From Alphaproteobacteria bacterium (GTDB taxonomy: Bacteria; Pseudomonadota; Alphaproteobacteria; RF32; CAG-239): DNA of 64,000 nucleotides. Numbering within the stretch: the first letter of the stretch is position 1; every line of letters starts with the position of its first letter. The translations under genes and the position numbers were made by a program. Under the pieces are notes generated by a model. The model was not told the origin of the DNA. It was given only the letters and a program-made list of their open reading frames with translations, and ran no database searches. The DNA lies in assembly GCA_045593845.1 (NCBI GenBank), contig JAZNXK010000011.1, positions 11,111 to 75,110 on the forward strand. Direction: 5' to 3'. This document shows, piece after piece, positions 48,528 through 58,807 of the stretch.

Positions 48528-51378
48528 CGGAATTTACCTCCCATTCATTTATTCGTGACAGATGTGTGTAGTCGGAGTGCGACAAAGAATATTTTGGGTT
48601 TGGTTTAGTAATATACGCACTTTCGGAATTATCAAAATGATTGATAAGTTTTTTTATTTTTTCGAAATTGTCAGCTAAAATTGTTTCTACATCTTTTTCA
48701 ACGCAAACAATATCTTCACCTAAATGCCAATAGCTGAGATTTTGAACCGGTTTTGCCGGAATATCATTAAAACCGCCTTGCTCTGCAATGATACCTTCTA
48801 TGGGTAATTGAGGGGCATAGCCGTTTTTTATTTCTTTGGCTTTGTGATGACTGCCGGTTTTGTAGTCAATAATATTGATAAAACCGTCTTTGGTTACATC
48901 AATGCGGTCTGCTTTAGCGCCGATTGTAAAAGTTCCGCCTTCGGCGGAAAAATTTATTGTTCCTGATTTTTCACAAAGAGTTTTTGTAATATCAGAGTGA
49001 TATTTTTGCTCGGTGGAATTTATCCAATTAATAATATTGGTAATTTTAGGTTGCCAAAAAGCAATTATTTCCGGCGGAATATTGTTTTCTTCAAAAGATT
49101 TTTCGGCCATGTTTTGTAGAATGTTTAATGCATCGGAAGGAAAATTATCCGGATATTCAGTATAAAATTTTTCCAGCAAAGCATGAACAATTATACCTAA
49201 ATCAACAGCATCAGGAGAAAGGTTTATGTCATTAAGTTTTTTCAATTTCAATATTTTTGATGCAAAAATACTATAAGGGTCATAAAGCAATTTTTCTATA
49301 TCACTTGCCCACAACTCGCGTGGGCGGGCCTCAATCGGCGGTTGAGGAGAGGGTGGTGCAATCGGGGATATGTTATCGGTTTTATCAAGTTTTTGTGCCC
49401 ATTGCAAATAGGGAGAAGGACAAATTTTTAGCATATCGAATCCAAGTGCAGAAGCTATGGTTTCTATTCGCAGCCACCATCTTGATTTTACGGTTGGAGT
49501 GCCCTGAACTTTTTCGGCTCGAGTTAAAAATATTTCTTTTCCGCAGGTCATTTCATAAAAATCGTGAGCCAATACACCTATGGATTTTTCCGGTAGTGGT
49601 AGTCCGAAGTCTTTTTGCATGGGACGAGACATCCATGCATTTGAGGAACTTGTTTCTGGCATTGTGCCTTCATTCATTCCACTGATAATAATGCAGTCAA
49701 AGGAGCAAAGTCTTGCTTCGATGGCACCCAAAATTCGTAATCTGGGATGAGCCCCATATTTTTCACGTATCATTGTGCCGGAAAGTAATGCTTCAAAAAA
49801 GTCAAGATATTGTCCTTGCGGAATTTCACCGACTATATCTGCATAATCAAGAAGTTCGGCAAAGAACTTTGATAGAGTTTCTCCATTGTTTCCATACCAA
49901 AGAGTTTCAGCCCCGGAAACATTTTCTTTTGAAGCTAAAAATTCTGCAATTTCAAGGTGTTTTATAAGTAATTGCTTGAAATTGGCTTTTTCTTGAGAAA
50001 GAAGGTCAATGAATGGAGTAAAAATTTGTTTTTGTTCATCAATAAAAGAATTTGCTTTTTTTGTTTCTCGTTTGCGAAGAGTGTTTTTTTCGAATTCACG
50101 TATTTGTTCAAGAATGTATCCACGGTTTTTGCCGGCACAACAAAGAGGGTGTTTATATAAGCTTAAAAGGTAAAAAGGCGAAAAGTTATCTTGGCATAAG
50201 GCGGCAATAAGACGTAAAAAAATGCCTTGAGGAGTTTGCAAAGCAGGAATTCCTGCAGAATCGTCGGCTTTAATACCCCATCTCAACAGCTCATCAGATA
50301 CTCGACGTGCCAGATTGCGGTCGGTGGTGATTAGGGCAGTTGTTTTTTCCGGTGTTTCAAGATTATGGCGCATAATAGAAGCAACAGTTAAAGCTTCTTC
50401 TTTAGAATCGCGACAATTTATCATGTGAAAATTATCAACTGCGTTCGGTGAAATTTTTTGTGAAGAAAGATTCTGCCATTTATCGGTTGTGCTTGCCGGA
50501 CGCATTACTTCCGAAAGAAAAATTTCTCTGTCATTTTGTGTCGGCGGAACAACATTTTCGATGTCAAAACGTGATATATTTAAGAAATCAAGAAGATCTT
50601 TAAGTTCGTATTGAGGATGTTGTTCATCTATTTTTTGCCATGAATCATCATCGAGATATTTATCAATTCCGGAAAGCCAAACAGAGCCTTTCGGTAAATC
50701 TAAAACTGCTTTTACCAGTTCTTTCATAACAGGAAAAGTGGCGGTGGTGCCGGCAATAATTATTTGGTTTTGCGGAGGATTTTCTTTCCAACAGGAAATT
50801 TGTTCCTGCATTAACAAATGATTATATTGAGACGAATCGATAAGATTTTTTTCAGCAAGAATTTGCGGATAAAATTCAGTGATAATTTTTAAGAATTGCA
50901 AGGTATTTTGCCAGTGTGAGGCATATTCTTCCGGAACAAGATGCTCAAGTTCGGAAAAACTTAAATTTTCATTGTTTGCCATATCAACCAATGAGGCAAG
51001 CTCTTTGGCAAGATAGCAAGCTTGAGAAAAAGTCAGATGTTCTATTTTGAAGTTGTCGGGGCGAGCGGTTATTAACCTGATAAAGAGCAGTAATCTTTCT
51101 TGAGTATTGATAGGTTTTGGGATGTTGAGATAGTTATCGGAGCTAAAAAATATGGTTTCGTCAAAGTTGCTTAAAGATGTAATTTGAGGTAAAAGAGTAG
51201 TATTCATGCCGTGAAATTTTACAAAAGCATTTTGCAGCTCTCTTACTGCGCGTTGATTGGGGAGAAATATTCTTATTTTGCTGAGTTGTAATAAATCATT
51301 TTTGTTTTCTGATAAAAGTTTTTTTGCCAAAACATCTATAAGAGAACAACTTGCCGGAACATTAAATATTTTTGCCAT
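48517..51378 (-). CDS. addB: Double-strand break repair protein AddB
   Basis: 953 aa, located upstream of and overlapping addA. The C-terminal nuclease motif is ADRIDV...NIIDYKTG. Confidence 0.85.
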   Translation of the reverse strand: MAKIFNVPASCSLIDVLAKKLLSENKNDLLQLSKIRIFLPNQRAVRELQNAFVKFHGMNTTLLPQITSLSNFDETIFFSSDNYLNIPKPINTQERLLLFIRLITARPDNFKIEHLTFSQACYLAKELASLVDMANNENLSFSELEHLVPEEYASHWQNTLQFLKIITEFYPQILAEKNLIDSSQYNHLLMQEQISCWKENPPQNQIIIAGTTATFPVMKELVKAVLDLPKGSVWLSGIDKYLDDDSWQKIDEQHPQYELKDLLDFLNISRFDIENVVPPTQNDREIFLSEVMRPASTTDKWQNLSSQKISPNAVDNFHMINCRDSKEEALTVASIMRHNLETPEKTTALITTDRNLARRVSDELLRWGIKADDSAGIPALQTPQGIFLRLIAALCQDNFSPFYLLSLYKHPLCCAGKNRGYILEQIREFEKNTLRKRETKKANSFIDEQKQIFTPFIDLLSQEKANFKQLLIKHLEIAEFLASKENVSGAETLWYGNNGETLSKFFAELLDYADIVGEIPQGQYLDFFEALLSGTMIREKYGAHPRLRILGAIEARLCSFDCIIISGMNEGTMPETSSSNAWMSRPMQKDFGLPLPEKSIGVLAHDFYEMTCGKEIFLTRAEKVQGTPTVKSRWWLRIETIASALGFDMLKICPSPYLQWAQKLDKTDNISPIAPPSPQPPIEARPRELWASDIEKLLYDPYSIFASKILKLKKLNDINLSPDAVDLGIIVHALLEKFYTEYPDNFPSDALNILQNMAEKSFEENNIPPEIIAFWQPKITNIINWINSTEQKYHSDITKTLCEKSGTINFSAEGGTFTIGAKADRIDVTKDGFINIIDYKTGSHHKAKEIKNGYAPQLPIEGIIAEQGGFNDIPAKPVQNLSYWHLGEDIVCVEKDVETILADNFEKIKKLINHFDNSESAYITKPNPKYSLSHSDYTHLSRINEWEVNSDDE

Positions 51379-51388
51379 GGGTTTATCC

Positions 51389-51976
51389 TTATGAAAGTTC
51401 TTTTATAAATTTTTCCAGTGCACGGCTACGATGTGACATGGTGTTTTTTATATCGTTTCCCAGTTCTGCAAAGGTTTGATTAAAACCGTCGGGAATAAAT
51501 ATCGGATCATAACCGAATCCGTTATCTCCTTGCGGTTGAGATGATATTTTTCCATCGACTCTTCCTTCAAAAAAGATAGTTTTTTCTTTTGGTCTAGCAA
51601 AGGCCAAACAGCATGAAAAATGTGCATTACGGTTATTGCTTTTTGTTTGTTCTATTTCGGAGAGCAATTTTTGGATTCCGAGCTTAAAATTGCGGTCAGG
51701 TGCATAGCGAGCGGAATAAACACCTGGGCGGCCGTCCAAAGCATCTACGCATAATCCGGAATCATCGGCAAGGCAGGGAAGTCCACACATCAGGCTTGTG
51801 GCTTCAGCTTTAATTTTTGCATTTTCGGCAAAAGTAGTTCCGGTCTCTTCTATGTCTCTGATATTAAGTTCTGCGGAAGATATAACTTCTATATTGAGTT
51901 GCTTTAAGAGATTTTTTATCTCATTAATTTTGCCTTGATTATGGCTGGCAACAACCAGTTTTGTTATTTTAATCAT
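51389..51976 (-). CDS. rdgB: dITP/XTP pyrophosphatase (RdgB/HAM1)
   Basis: Motifs ASHNQGK, ETGTTFAENA, FGYDPIF and SHR. Confidence 0.9.
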   Translation of the reverse strand: MIKITKLVVASHNQGKINEIKNLLKQLNIEVISSAELNIRDIEETGTTFAENAKIKAEATSLMCGLPCLADDSGLCVDALDGRPGVYSARYAPDRNFKLGIQKLLSEIEQTKSNNRNAHFSCCLAFARPKEKTIFFEGRVDGKISSQPQGDNGFGYDPIFIPDGFNQTFAELGNDIKNTMSHRSRALEKFIKELS

Positions 51977-52686
51977 TTTAGATTTAAGGCCTCCTTCTGT
52001 TGAGTAATAATTTTTGCAACACCGTCTTTGGCGAGTTTGAATAAGTCATAAAAATCGTCTTCCTCAAAAGGATTTTCTTCTGCTGTTCCCTGAATTTCAA
52101 CAATTTTTCCGCTTTCGGTAATTACAAAATTCATATCGACCTGTGCATTTGAATCTTCTTCATAATTAACGTCGATAATTTTATTGCCATTGTGAATGTC
52201 GCAGGAAACTGCGGCGACAAATTCGGAAATAGGATTGGTTTTAATTTTTTTATTAGCAATCAACCATTGAATTGCTTGATATAAAGCTACAAATCCTCCG
52301 GTTATTGAGGCGGTTCTGGTTCCGCCGTCGGCAATAATAACATCGCAATCAATACATATTGAAATGTCTTTCAGCTTGGTTAAATCGACAACTGCTCGCA
52401 AAGAGCGGCCTATCAGTCGTTGAATTTCTTGAGTTCTTCCGGATGGTTGTTTGTTTTCGCGTGGGGTGCGCTGACGATTAGAGCGGGGTAACATACTGTA
52501 TTCGGCAGTTATCCAACCCCGATTTTGTCCTTTCAGCCAAGCAGGAACTTTTTCTTCTATACTTGCGGTGCAAATAACTTGAGTGTTTCCATATTTTACC
52601 AAACATGATCCTTCGGCATAGGGGTTGCAATTTGGGGTCAGTTCAATATTACGAAGTTGATTATTTTCTCTTTTATCGTTGCGCAT
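51973..52686 (-). CDS. rph: Ribonuclease PH
   Basis: Motifs GSCLVKYGNTQVICTA, GRTQEIQRLIGRSLR and DCDVIIADGGTRTASITG. Confidence 0.95.
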   Translation of the reverse strand: MRNDKRENNQLRNIELTPNCNPYAEGSCLVKYGNTQVICTASIEEKVPAWLKGQNRGWITAEYSMLPRSNRQRTPRENKQPSGRTQEIQRLIGRSLRAVVDLTKLKDISICIDCDVIIADGGTRTASITGGFVALYQAIQWLIANKKIKTNPISEFVAAVSCDIHNGNKIIDVNYEEDSNAQVDMNFVITESGKIVEIQGTAEENPFEEDDFYDLFKLAKDGVAKIITQQKEALNLK

Positions 52687-52750
52687 TTGTTTTATCCTTT
52701 GTGATTTTTTATATTCACACTTTAATATGGTTTGTTACTATTAGCAACGA

Positions 52751-52777
52751 AAAAACCGGAAAAATATTCCGGTTTTT
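52751..52777 (-). terminator. Intrinsic terminator downstream of typA
   Basis: aaaaaccgga aaaatat tccggttttt, with T-runs on both strands. Confidence 0.65.
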
Positions 52778-52783
52778 ATTTTT

Positions 52784-54601
52784 TTATTCAACTTTTATTG
52801 ATGAGCGTTTACGTTGGATAGGATCTAAAATTCTTTTGCGTAAACGGATGGTTTTTGGTGTTACTTCCAAAAGCTCGTCATCTTGAATGTATGATAACCC
52901 TTCTTCCAAAGATATACGTCGCGGCGGAGTTAAACTGATAGCTTCATCTTTTCCTGCGGCGCGGATGTTTGTAAGTTGTTTTGAGCGACAGGGATTGACT
53001 TCAATATCATTTGGCTTTGTATGTTCGCCAATAATCATACCTACATAGACGGGAACATTCGGGTCAATAAACATCGGACCTCTATCTTCCAATTTCCACA
53101 GAGAATAGGCAATTGCGGTTCCGTTTTCACTGGAGATGAGAACCCCGTTTCTACGACCTGCGATTTCTCCCTTATAGGGTTCATAATCGAAGAAAATGCG
53201 GTTCATAACACCGGTGCCATGAGTGTCGGTCAAAAACTCGGAATGGTAGCCGATAAGTCCTCTGGTTGGAGCATGGAAAATCAATCTGACTTTGTTGCCA
53301 GCTTGTGCCGGTATCATTTCGATAAGTTCGGCGCGTCGGGTTCCCATTTTTTCGACAACGGTGCCGGAAAATTCATCATCAACATCTACAACAACTTCAT
53401 CAATCGGCTCTAAAAGTTGTCCGTTTTCATCTTTTTTGAAAACAACGCGCGGACGAGAAATTGATAACTCAAATCCTTCACGACGCATGGTTTCGATTAA
53501 AACACCCAATTGCAATTCTCCACGTCCAGCGACTTCGAAAGCATCGGAATTTTTGGTGGCGTTTATTTTGAGGGCAATATTTCCTTCAGCTTCTTTTTGA
53601 AGACGTTCGGCAATTACACGTGAAGTTACTTTGTCACCTTCTTTACCGGCAAGCGGCGAATCGTTGACGGCGAAGGTCATTATCAATGTTGGAGGGTCAA
53701 TAGGTTGTGCTTTAATTGCTTCTGTAACCGAAAAATCGCATATTGTATCGGCAACGGTGCCTTTTGCAACACCGGCCACAGCAACAATATCTCCGGCATG
53801 TGCCTCTTCAAGACTTTGGCGGGTTAAACCGCGAAATGCCATGATTTTGGTAATACGAAAACGCTCAATTTCTTTATTGTCTTGGGATATAACTTTTACA
53901 GTGTCGCCTGCTTTTACACTGCCGGAGTGAATTTTTCCGGTGAGCATGCGTCCGATAAACTTATCTGCCTCGAGTGTTGTGGCCAACATGGAAAAAGGTT
54001 GGTCCGGATAACATATTGGAGCAGAAACCTTTTCAAGAATCAAATCAAAAAGAACACTCAAATCTTTTTTTTCTTCGGAAAGGTCCTTTACAGCCCATCC
54101 GTTGCGTCCGGAAGCATAGAGAATCGGAAAATCAAGTTGTTTGTCGGTTGCGTTTAGGCTGACGAACAAATCAAAAACTTCGTTTAAGACTTCATCCACA
54201 CGAGCATCGGGTTTGTCGGCTTTATTGATGACAACAATAGGTTTTAGACCGACTTTGAGGGCTTTGCCAAGTACAAATTTTGTTTGGGGCATAGGTCCTT
54301 CGGAGCTGTCAACCAATAAAATAACACCATCAACCATTGATAAAATACGTTCAACTTCGCCGCCAAAGTCTGCGTGTCCTGGGGTGTCAACAATGTTTAT
54401 TCTGACACCTTTCCACTCTACGGAAGTGCATTTTGAGAGGATTGTAATGCCTCTTTCGCGCTCAAGCTCGTTTGAGTCCATAGCGCAAGTTTCTACTTTT
54501 TGATTATCGCGAAAAGTGCCGCTTTGTTTGAGCAAGCCATCGACAAGAGTTGTTTTGCCATGGTCTACGTGAGCGATAATCGCAATATTTCTAAGCTCCA
54601 T
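52784..54601 (-). CDS. typA: Translational GTPase TypA/BipA
   Basis: Motifs RNIAIIAHVDHGKTTL, DTPGHADF and NKADK. 605 aa. Confidence 0.95.
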   Translation of the reverse strand: MELRNIAIIAHVDHGKTTLVDGLLKQSGTFRDNQKVETCAMDSNELERERGITILSKCTSVEWKGVRINIVDTPGHADFGGEVERILSMVDGVILLVDSSEGPMPQTKFVLGKALKVGLKPIVVINKADKPDARVDEVLNEVFDLFVSLNATDKQLDFPILYASGRNGWAVKDLSEEKKDLSVLFDLILEKVSAPICYPDQPFSMLATTLEADKFIGRMLTGKIHSGSVKAGDTVKVISQDNKEIERFRITKIMAFRGLTRQSLEEAHAGDIVAVAGVAKGTVADTICDFSVTEAIKAQPIDPPTLIMTFAVNDSPLAGKEGDKVTSRVIAERLQKEAEGNIALKINATKNSDAFEVAGRGELQLGVLIETMRREGFELSISRPRVVFKKDENGQLLEPIDEVVVDVDDEFSGTVVEKMGTRRAELIEMIPAQAGNKVRLIFHAPTRGLIGYHSEFLTDTHGTGVMNRIFFDYEPYKGEIAGRRNGVLISSENGTAIAYSLWKLEDRGPMFIDPNVPVYVGMIIGEHTKPNDIEVNPCRSKQLTNIRAAGKDEAISLTPPRRISLEEGLSYIQDDELLEVTPKTIRLRKRILDPIQRKRSSIKVE

Positions 54602-54670
54602 CTTTTTTCTTTCTGTAAAAAATTGTTATTATTTTAGGCGCACAATAGCACAAGAAGTATTGTTTGCAAG

Positions 54671-54699
54671 AAAAAAAATCAGCCCTGACGGGCTGATTT
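54671..54699 (-). terminator. Intrinsic terminator downstream of the ferredoxin gene
   Basis: aaatcagccc tgac gggctgattt, followed on the minus strand by a T8 run. Confidence 0.7.
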
Positions 54700-54732
54700 A
54701 AAAAATATTTTGTTTTTCAAGAAAAACTAATA

Positions 54733-54972
54733 TTATTCATTTGCATTTGGCCAATTTTTAGCATTTTCGGCATTGAAGGCAATCCATTTCGGATCTGCAT
54801 CTTCTTCAGGGCTGATAGCTTCTTGCGGGCATTCTGAAATGCAAACACCGCAGCTGATGCATGTATCGGGATCAATAACCAGTTGAGTATCTCCCTCGTG
54901 AAAAGCATCAACAGGGCAAACATCAGCACAAGATTTGCATTTAATGCAGCTGTCATTAACAACAGAAACCAT
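54733..54972 (-). CDS. fdxA: Small bacterial-type ferredoxin (two Fe-S cluster motifs)
   Basis: Motifs CIKCKSCADVCP and CISCGVCISECP. 79 aa. Confidence 0.85.
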   Translation of the reverse strand: MVSVVNDSCIKCKSCADVCPVDAFHEGDTQLVIDPDTCISCGVCISECPQEAISPEEDADPKWIAFNAENAKNWPNANE

Positions 54973-55064
54973 ATTTTATCTCCTTAAAGATTGTTTATTC
55001 AGTGCTAAATCTAAACAGATTTGCGATAAAATCAAGTAAAAAATATATAAGCTTAAAAAAATTC

Positions 55065-55093
55065 TTGCATTTTAGACAAAAGTTTTGTATAAC
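55065..55093 (+). promoter_or_regulatory. Candidate promoter of the first 129-aa ORF
   Basis: TTGCAT (55065..55070), a 17-nt spacer, then TATAAC (55088..55093). Confidence 0.35.
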
Positions 55094-55127
55094 AAAGCAA
55101 ACGAATAATTATTAAATTGCAAATATT

Positions 55128-55517
55128 ATGAAACTAGAAAAAGAAAAGTCCGGCCTTTATCTGAAAGGTTCGGCAGAGGTGTATCACTCAGTGAAATATC
55201 TCTACGGATACCAACGTTTTTTCGGATTTTCCGCTGAAGGCTCCTACTATAAGTTGGAAGAAAAGCAAGACGAAAACGGAAGAACTACCAGCAAATTATG
55301 GGAGGTTACGAGAGAAGAATTTGAGGCTCTGATGTCTCGTTTTGGTCAGATGACCAAGCACTGGCGAGGCAAGAAAAATCAAAGGACTTGTAGTGATGAT
55401 TATTGCGACCAAGTTGTGGAGTTCTCTCATGGCTGTAAAAAACAGATCCATCTCTTAAAAAAAGATATATCTGTTTATACAGAGAATTCTTTTAAGAAGA
55501 TGCTGGATGCTTTGTAG
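55128..55517 (+). CDS. Hypothetical protein (129 aa), paralog A of a tandem pair
   Basis: The ORF looks visibly more GC-rich than its flanks. No SD or family recognised. Contains CSDDYCDQVVEFSHGC. A perfect hairpin follows immediately. Confidence 0.45.
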   Translation: MKLEKEKSGLYLKGSAEVYHSVKYLYGYQRFFGFSAEGSYYKLEEKQDENGRTTSKLWEVTREEFEALMSRFGQMTKHWRGKKNQRTCSDDYCDQVVEFSHGCKKQIHLLKKDISVYTENSFKKMLDAL

Positions 55518-55518
55518 A

Positions 55519-55550
55519 AATATAGCTTCCTTTTTTAAGGAAGCTATATT
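55519..55550 (+). terminator. Perfect 14-bp stem-loop right after the ORF A stop (terminator-like, no T-tail)
   Basis: aatatagcttcctt tttt aaggaagctatatt. Confidence 0.45.
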
Positions 55551-55642
55551 CGGTTGTAGAAAAAGTGCTTGCAAATGCTATGGATATGCGATACATAATT
55601 TTGCAGGCAGATACTATTATAAATTTATAAAAATCAATTATT

Positions 55643-56032
55643 ATGGTAAAATATGAAAGATTAACTTGTGACATTTTGGGGTTGCAAGGTGTTTTTCCGG
55701 TTACGTATTTGTCCGGAATCAACAACACAGAGATTTACAACGAAATTGTTGTTTTTGAGGCGGATGGGTGCTTTTATATATGGAAAGTGCTGAATTTCCG
55801 CCAATTACTCAAATCTCTATCGGAGATTTCCCAACAAGCATTTGAGGGCATTGTCAAGGGGTATAAAAAGATTAGCACCTCTCCTGTTGATAAAAACAGG
55901 TATAGGAAAATAAACTTTGACAACCACGTCGGTGCCGGAGATTATTTTCCGCTGGCAATCAGAGGTGCCAGATTAGATCTTAAAACCGAAAATGCGTTCC
56001 GCCGAACAATTGAAAAAATGTTGGCAGAATAG
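55643..56032 (+). CDS. Hypothetical protein (129 aa), paralog B of a tandem pair
   Basis: Same length as ORF A. Three blocks are shared: YL.G, F.A(E/D)G.(Y/F)Y and TEN(S/A)F(K/R)..KML. No family recognised. Confidence 0.45.
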   Translation: MVKYERLTCDILGLQGVFPVTYLSGINNTEIYNEIVVFEADGCFYIWKVLNFRQLLKSLSEISQQAFEGIVKGYKKISTSPVDKNRYRKINFDNHVGAGDYFPLAIRGARLDLKTENAFRRTIEKMLAE

Positions 56033-56041
56033 CATAATTTT

Positions 56042-56073
56042 AAGGGCTTGAGTGAAAACTCGGCCCTTTTTTG
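56042..56073 (+). terminator. Intrinsic terminator downstream of ORF B
   Basis: aagggcttgagt gaaa actcggccctt followed by TTTTTT. Confidence 0.6.
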
Positions 56074-56144
56074 TGTTTGCTACTTGCGCTTGGCTTTTTT
56101 TATTCCCATATAATAGTAAATAAGAAAAAACAAAGGAGATTGCC

Positions 56145-57989
56145 ATGAGCGAAAAAATGAATTTTAAGGCTGAAGTCAATAAAATGCTGAATATTGTGGT
56201 TAATTCGCTTTATTCGGAGAAATATATATTTTTGCGTGAACTGATATCAAATGCATCTGATGCTTGCGATAAATTGAAGTACTTGATGTTGACAAATCCG
56301 AATGCAGTTAAAAGCAATGGTGAATTGAAAATTGTAATTACACCTAATGCGGAAGAAAATACGTTGAAAATTACCGATAACGGAATCGGTATGAATAAAG
56401 ATGATTTAATTAATCATTTGGGAACAATAGCAAAATCGGGAACTTCGGATTTTGTAGCGGATATGAAAGAAAATGGTTCGGCAGTTGATTTAATCGGGCA
56501 ATTCGGGGTTGGTTTTTATTCGGCTTTTATGGTGGCGGATAAGGTTGAAATTGTTACAAAAAAAGCCGGGGAAGAAAATGCTTATAAGTGGATTTCTAAT
56601 GGTATTGACGGTTTTGAAGTTGAAGAAACACAAAAAGACGGAAACGGAACGGAAATAAAGCTGTTTTTGAAAAAAGATGATAAGGATTTTACAGATACAA
56701 TTTATCTTCGCCATCTGATAACAACGTATTCTGATCATATCAGCTATCCGATATTCTTAAATTTGGGAAAAGACGGAGAAGAAAAGATAAATCAAGGATT
56801 GGCTTTATGGGCTCGCAATAAGAGCGAGATTACAAAGGAGCAATATAAAGACTTTTATCAGCATATTTCTCATAATTTTGATGAGCCGTGGTTGACGATG
56901 CATTTTAAGGCCGAGGGAAATATTGAATATTCTGCATTGTTGTATATTCCGTCCCAGCAACCATATGATCTTTTTCAGCCTGATAAAAAACAAGGATTGA
57001 AATTATATGTGAATAAAGTTTTTGTTTCAGATAAGGTAGAAGAATTGATGCCGAATTATTTGCGTTTTGTGAAAGGTGTGGTTGATTCTTCTGATTTACC
57101 GTTGAATATTTCACGTGAGATGTTGCAGCAAAATATTTTGATTGAAAAAATTAAGCATGGAATAGTGTCAAGATTACTTAAAGATTTAAGGAAGCGTGCT
57201 GAAAAATATAATGATTATATTATGTTCTGGAATAATTTCGGTGTGGTTTTGAAAGAGGGAATTTATGAAGATTTCGGCAACAGAGATGAGATTGCCGGTT
57301 TGTCTTTGTTTGCATCTACAAAAACAGAAGATAAATTAACAACCCTTGATGCCTATATAGAGCGCATGCCGAAAGAACAGCAGGAAATTTATTATATCAC
57401 CGGTGATGACGTCAATGTATTGGCAAATAATCCGCAGTTGGAAGCTTTTAAACAAAAAGGTTGGGAGGTTTTGTTATTGACTGATCCAATTGATGAATTT
57501 TGGACGCAGATGTTGCCGAATTATAAAGGAAAAACAATAAAACATATTGCACAAGCCAGTGCAGAGCTCAATTTTGAGAGAAAAGAAGAGAAAGTTGACC
57601 AAAAACAACTGGATAAGTTGATAAAAGAAATGTCTTTCTGGTTTAAGGATGATGTGGCAAAAGTGGTTGACACGGAAAAATTAACAACAAGTCCGGTCAG
57701 TTTGACCACTGAAAAAGGTCAAATGAGCATACATCTTGAGCGTTTGATGCGTAATCATCAACAACAGACAGCCTTTGCTTCGACAAGAATTTTGGAAATT
57801 AATCCTTATCATCCGCTGATTATAAAATTGGCAGAAGCTGTTGATGATAAAAACAAAATGAAAGAGGTAGAAACAGTGGCTAAAATTCTGCTGGATCAGG
57901 CTAAAATAGCTGAGGGTGAACCGATTAAGGATCCTTCTTTTTATTCTGCAGCCATTAGTGATTATATATTGAAAGGTTTTTCAAATTAG
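56145..57989 (+). CDS. htpG: Chaperone HtpG (Hsp90)
   Basis: Motifs LYSEKYIFLRELISNASDA, GQFGVGFYS and LNISRE. 614 aa. Confidence 0.95.
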   Translation: MSEKMNFKAEVNKMLNIVVNSLYSEKYIFLRELISNASDACDKLKYLMLTNPNAVKSNGELKIVITPNAEENTLKITDNGIGMNKDDLINHLGTIAKSGTSDFVADMKENGSAVDLIGQFGVGFYSAFMVADKVEIVTKKAGEENAYKWISNGIDGFEVEETQKDGNGTEIKLFLKKDDKDFTDTIYLRHLITTYSDHISYPIFLNLGKDGEEKINQGLALWARNKSEITKEQYKDFYQHISHNFDEPWLTMHFKAEGNIEYSALLYIPSQQPYDLFQPDKKQGLKLYVNKVFVSDKVEELMPNYLRFVKGVVDSSDLPLNISREMLQQNILIEKIKHGIVSRLLKDLRKRAEKYNDYIMFWNNFGVVLKEGIYEDFGNRDEIAGLSLFASTKTEDKLTTLDAYIERMPKEQQEIYYITGDDVNVLANNPQLEAFKQKGWEVLLLTDPIDEFWTQMLPNYKGKTIKHIAQASAELNFERKEEKVDQKQLDKLIKEMSFWFKDDVAKVVDTEKLTTSPVSLTTEKGQMSIHLERLMRNHQQQTAFASTRILEINPYHPLIIKLAEAVDDKNKMKEVETVAKILLDQAKIAEGEPIKDPSFYSAAISDYILKGFSN

Positions 57990-58805
57990 TTTTGACAATG
58001 CAAAAAATTGTTGAGGAGTAACCTCTTCGGCGCGCATAGTTTCTTTGATACCGGATTGTTCCAGTTTTGAAGATATATCGTTGATTGATTTAAGACTTTG
58101 GCGCAGCATTTTGCGACGTTGACCGAAGGCAAGAGCGGTTATCTTCTCTATTTTATTTATTTCTTGCGCAGATATTGCTTGCGGCAGAGGAGTAAAAAGC
58201 AGTACACTTGACCATATTTTTGGTGCAGGTGTAAAGCATTCGGGGTTTAAGTCCATCAGTTTTTGAATGTTGCAGGTAAGTTGTGCAATTACTGATACTC
58301 TGCCGTAGTCCTTGCAGCAAGTTGAGGCGGTTATGCGCTCTGCAACCTCTTTTTGGAACATAAGTGTTAAGGCTGAATATTCTTTTATTTCCGTCAGCCA
58401 TTTTATTAGCAGGGGAACGGATATATTATAAGGAAGATTGCTGATTATTTGTCTCGGTGATGAGCAAAGAGATGATGTATTATATGTCAGCGCATCTGTA
58501 TTGATAATATTTAGAGGGCAATCACATTCGTTTTTGAGGTCTTGCATAATTTGAATACAGCGAGGATCCATTTCAATTACACTTAATGATTTTGGATTTG
58601 CTTTCAAAATTGAACGTGTCAAACCTCCGGGGCCAGGACCTATTTCAATAATGTTAAATTTGTTGAAATCTGAAATTTTTTGGTGCATCAGACTTAAACG
58701 GATTATTTTGTCGGTTATATTACCGTCCAATAAAAAATTTTGGCCCAAAGATTTGTTGGCAGTGAGACCATAGAAATCAATAACTTCACGTAAAGAAGGA
58801 AGCAT
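57981..58805 (-). CDS. rsmA: 16S rRNA A1518/A1519 dimethyltransferase
   Basis: Motifs LGQNFLLD, EIGPGPGGLT and NLPYNIS. Confidence 0.9.
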   Translation of the reverse strand: MLPSLREVIDFYGLTANKSLGQNFLLDGNITDKIIRLSLMHQKISDFNKFNIIEIGPGPGGLTRSILKANPKSLSVIEMDPRCIQIMQDLKNECDCPLNIINTDALTYNTSSLCSSPRQIISNLPYNISVPLLIKWLTEIKEYSALTLMFQKEVAERITASTCCKDYGRVSVIAQLTCNIQKLMDLNPECFTPAPKIWSSVLLFTPLPQAISAQEINKIEKITALAFGQRRKMLRQSLKSINDISSKLEQSGIKETMRAEEVTPQQFFALSKLI

Positions 58806-58807
58806 TG

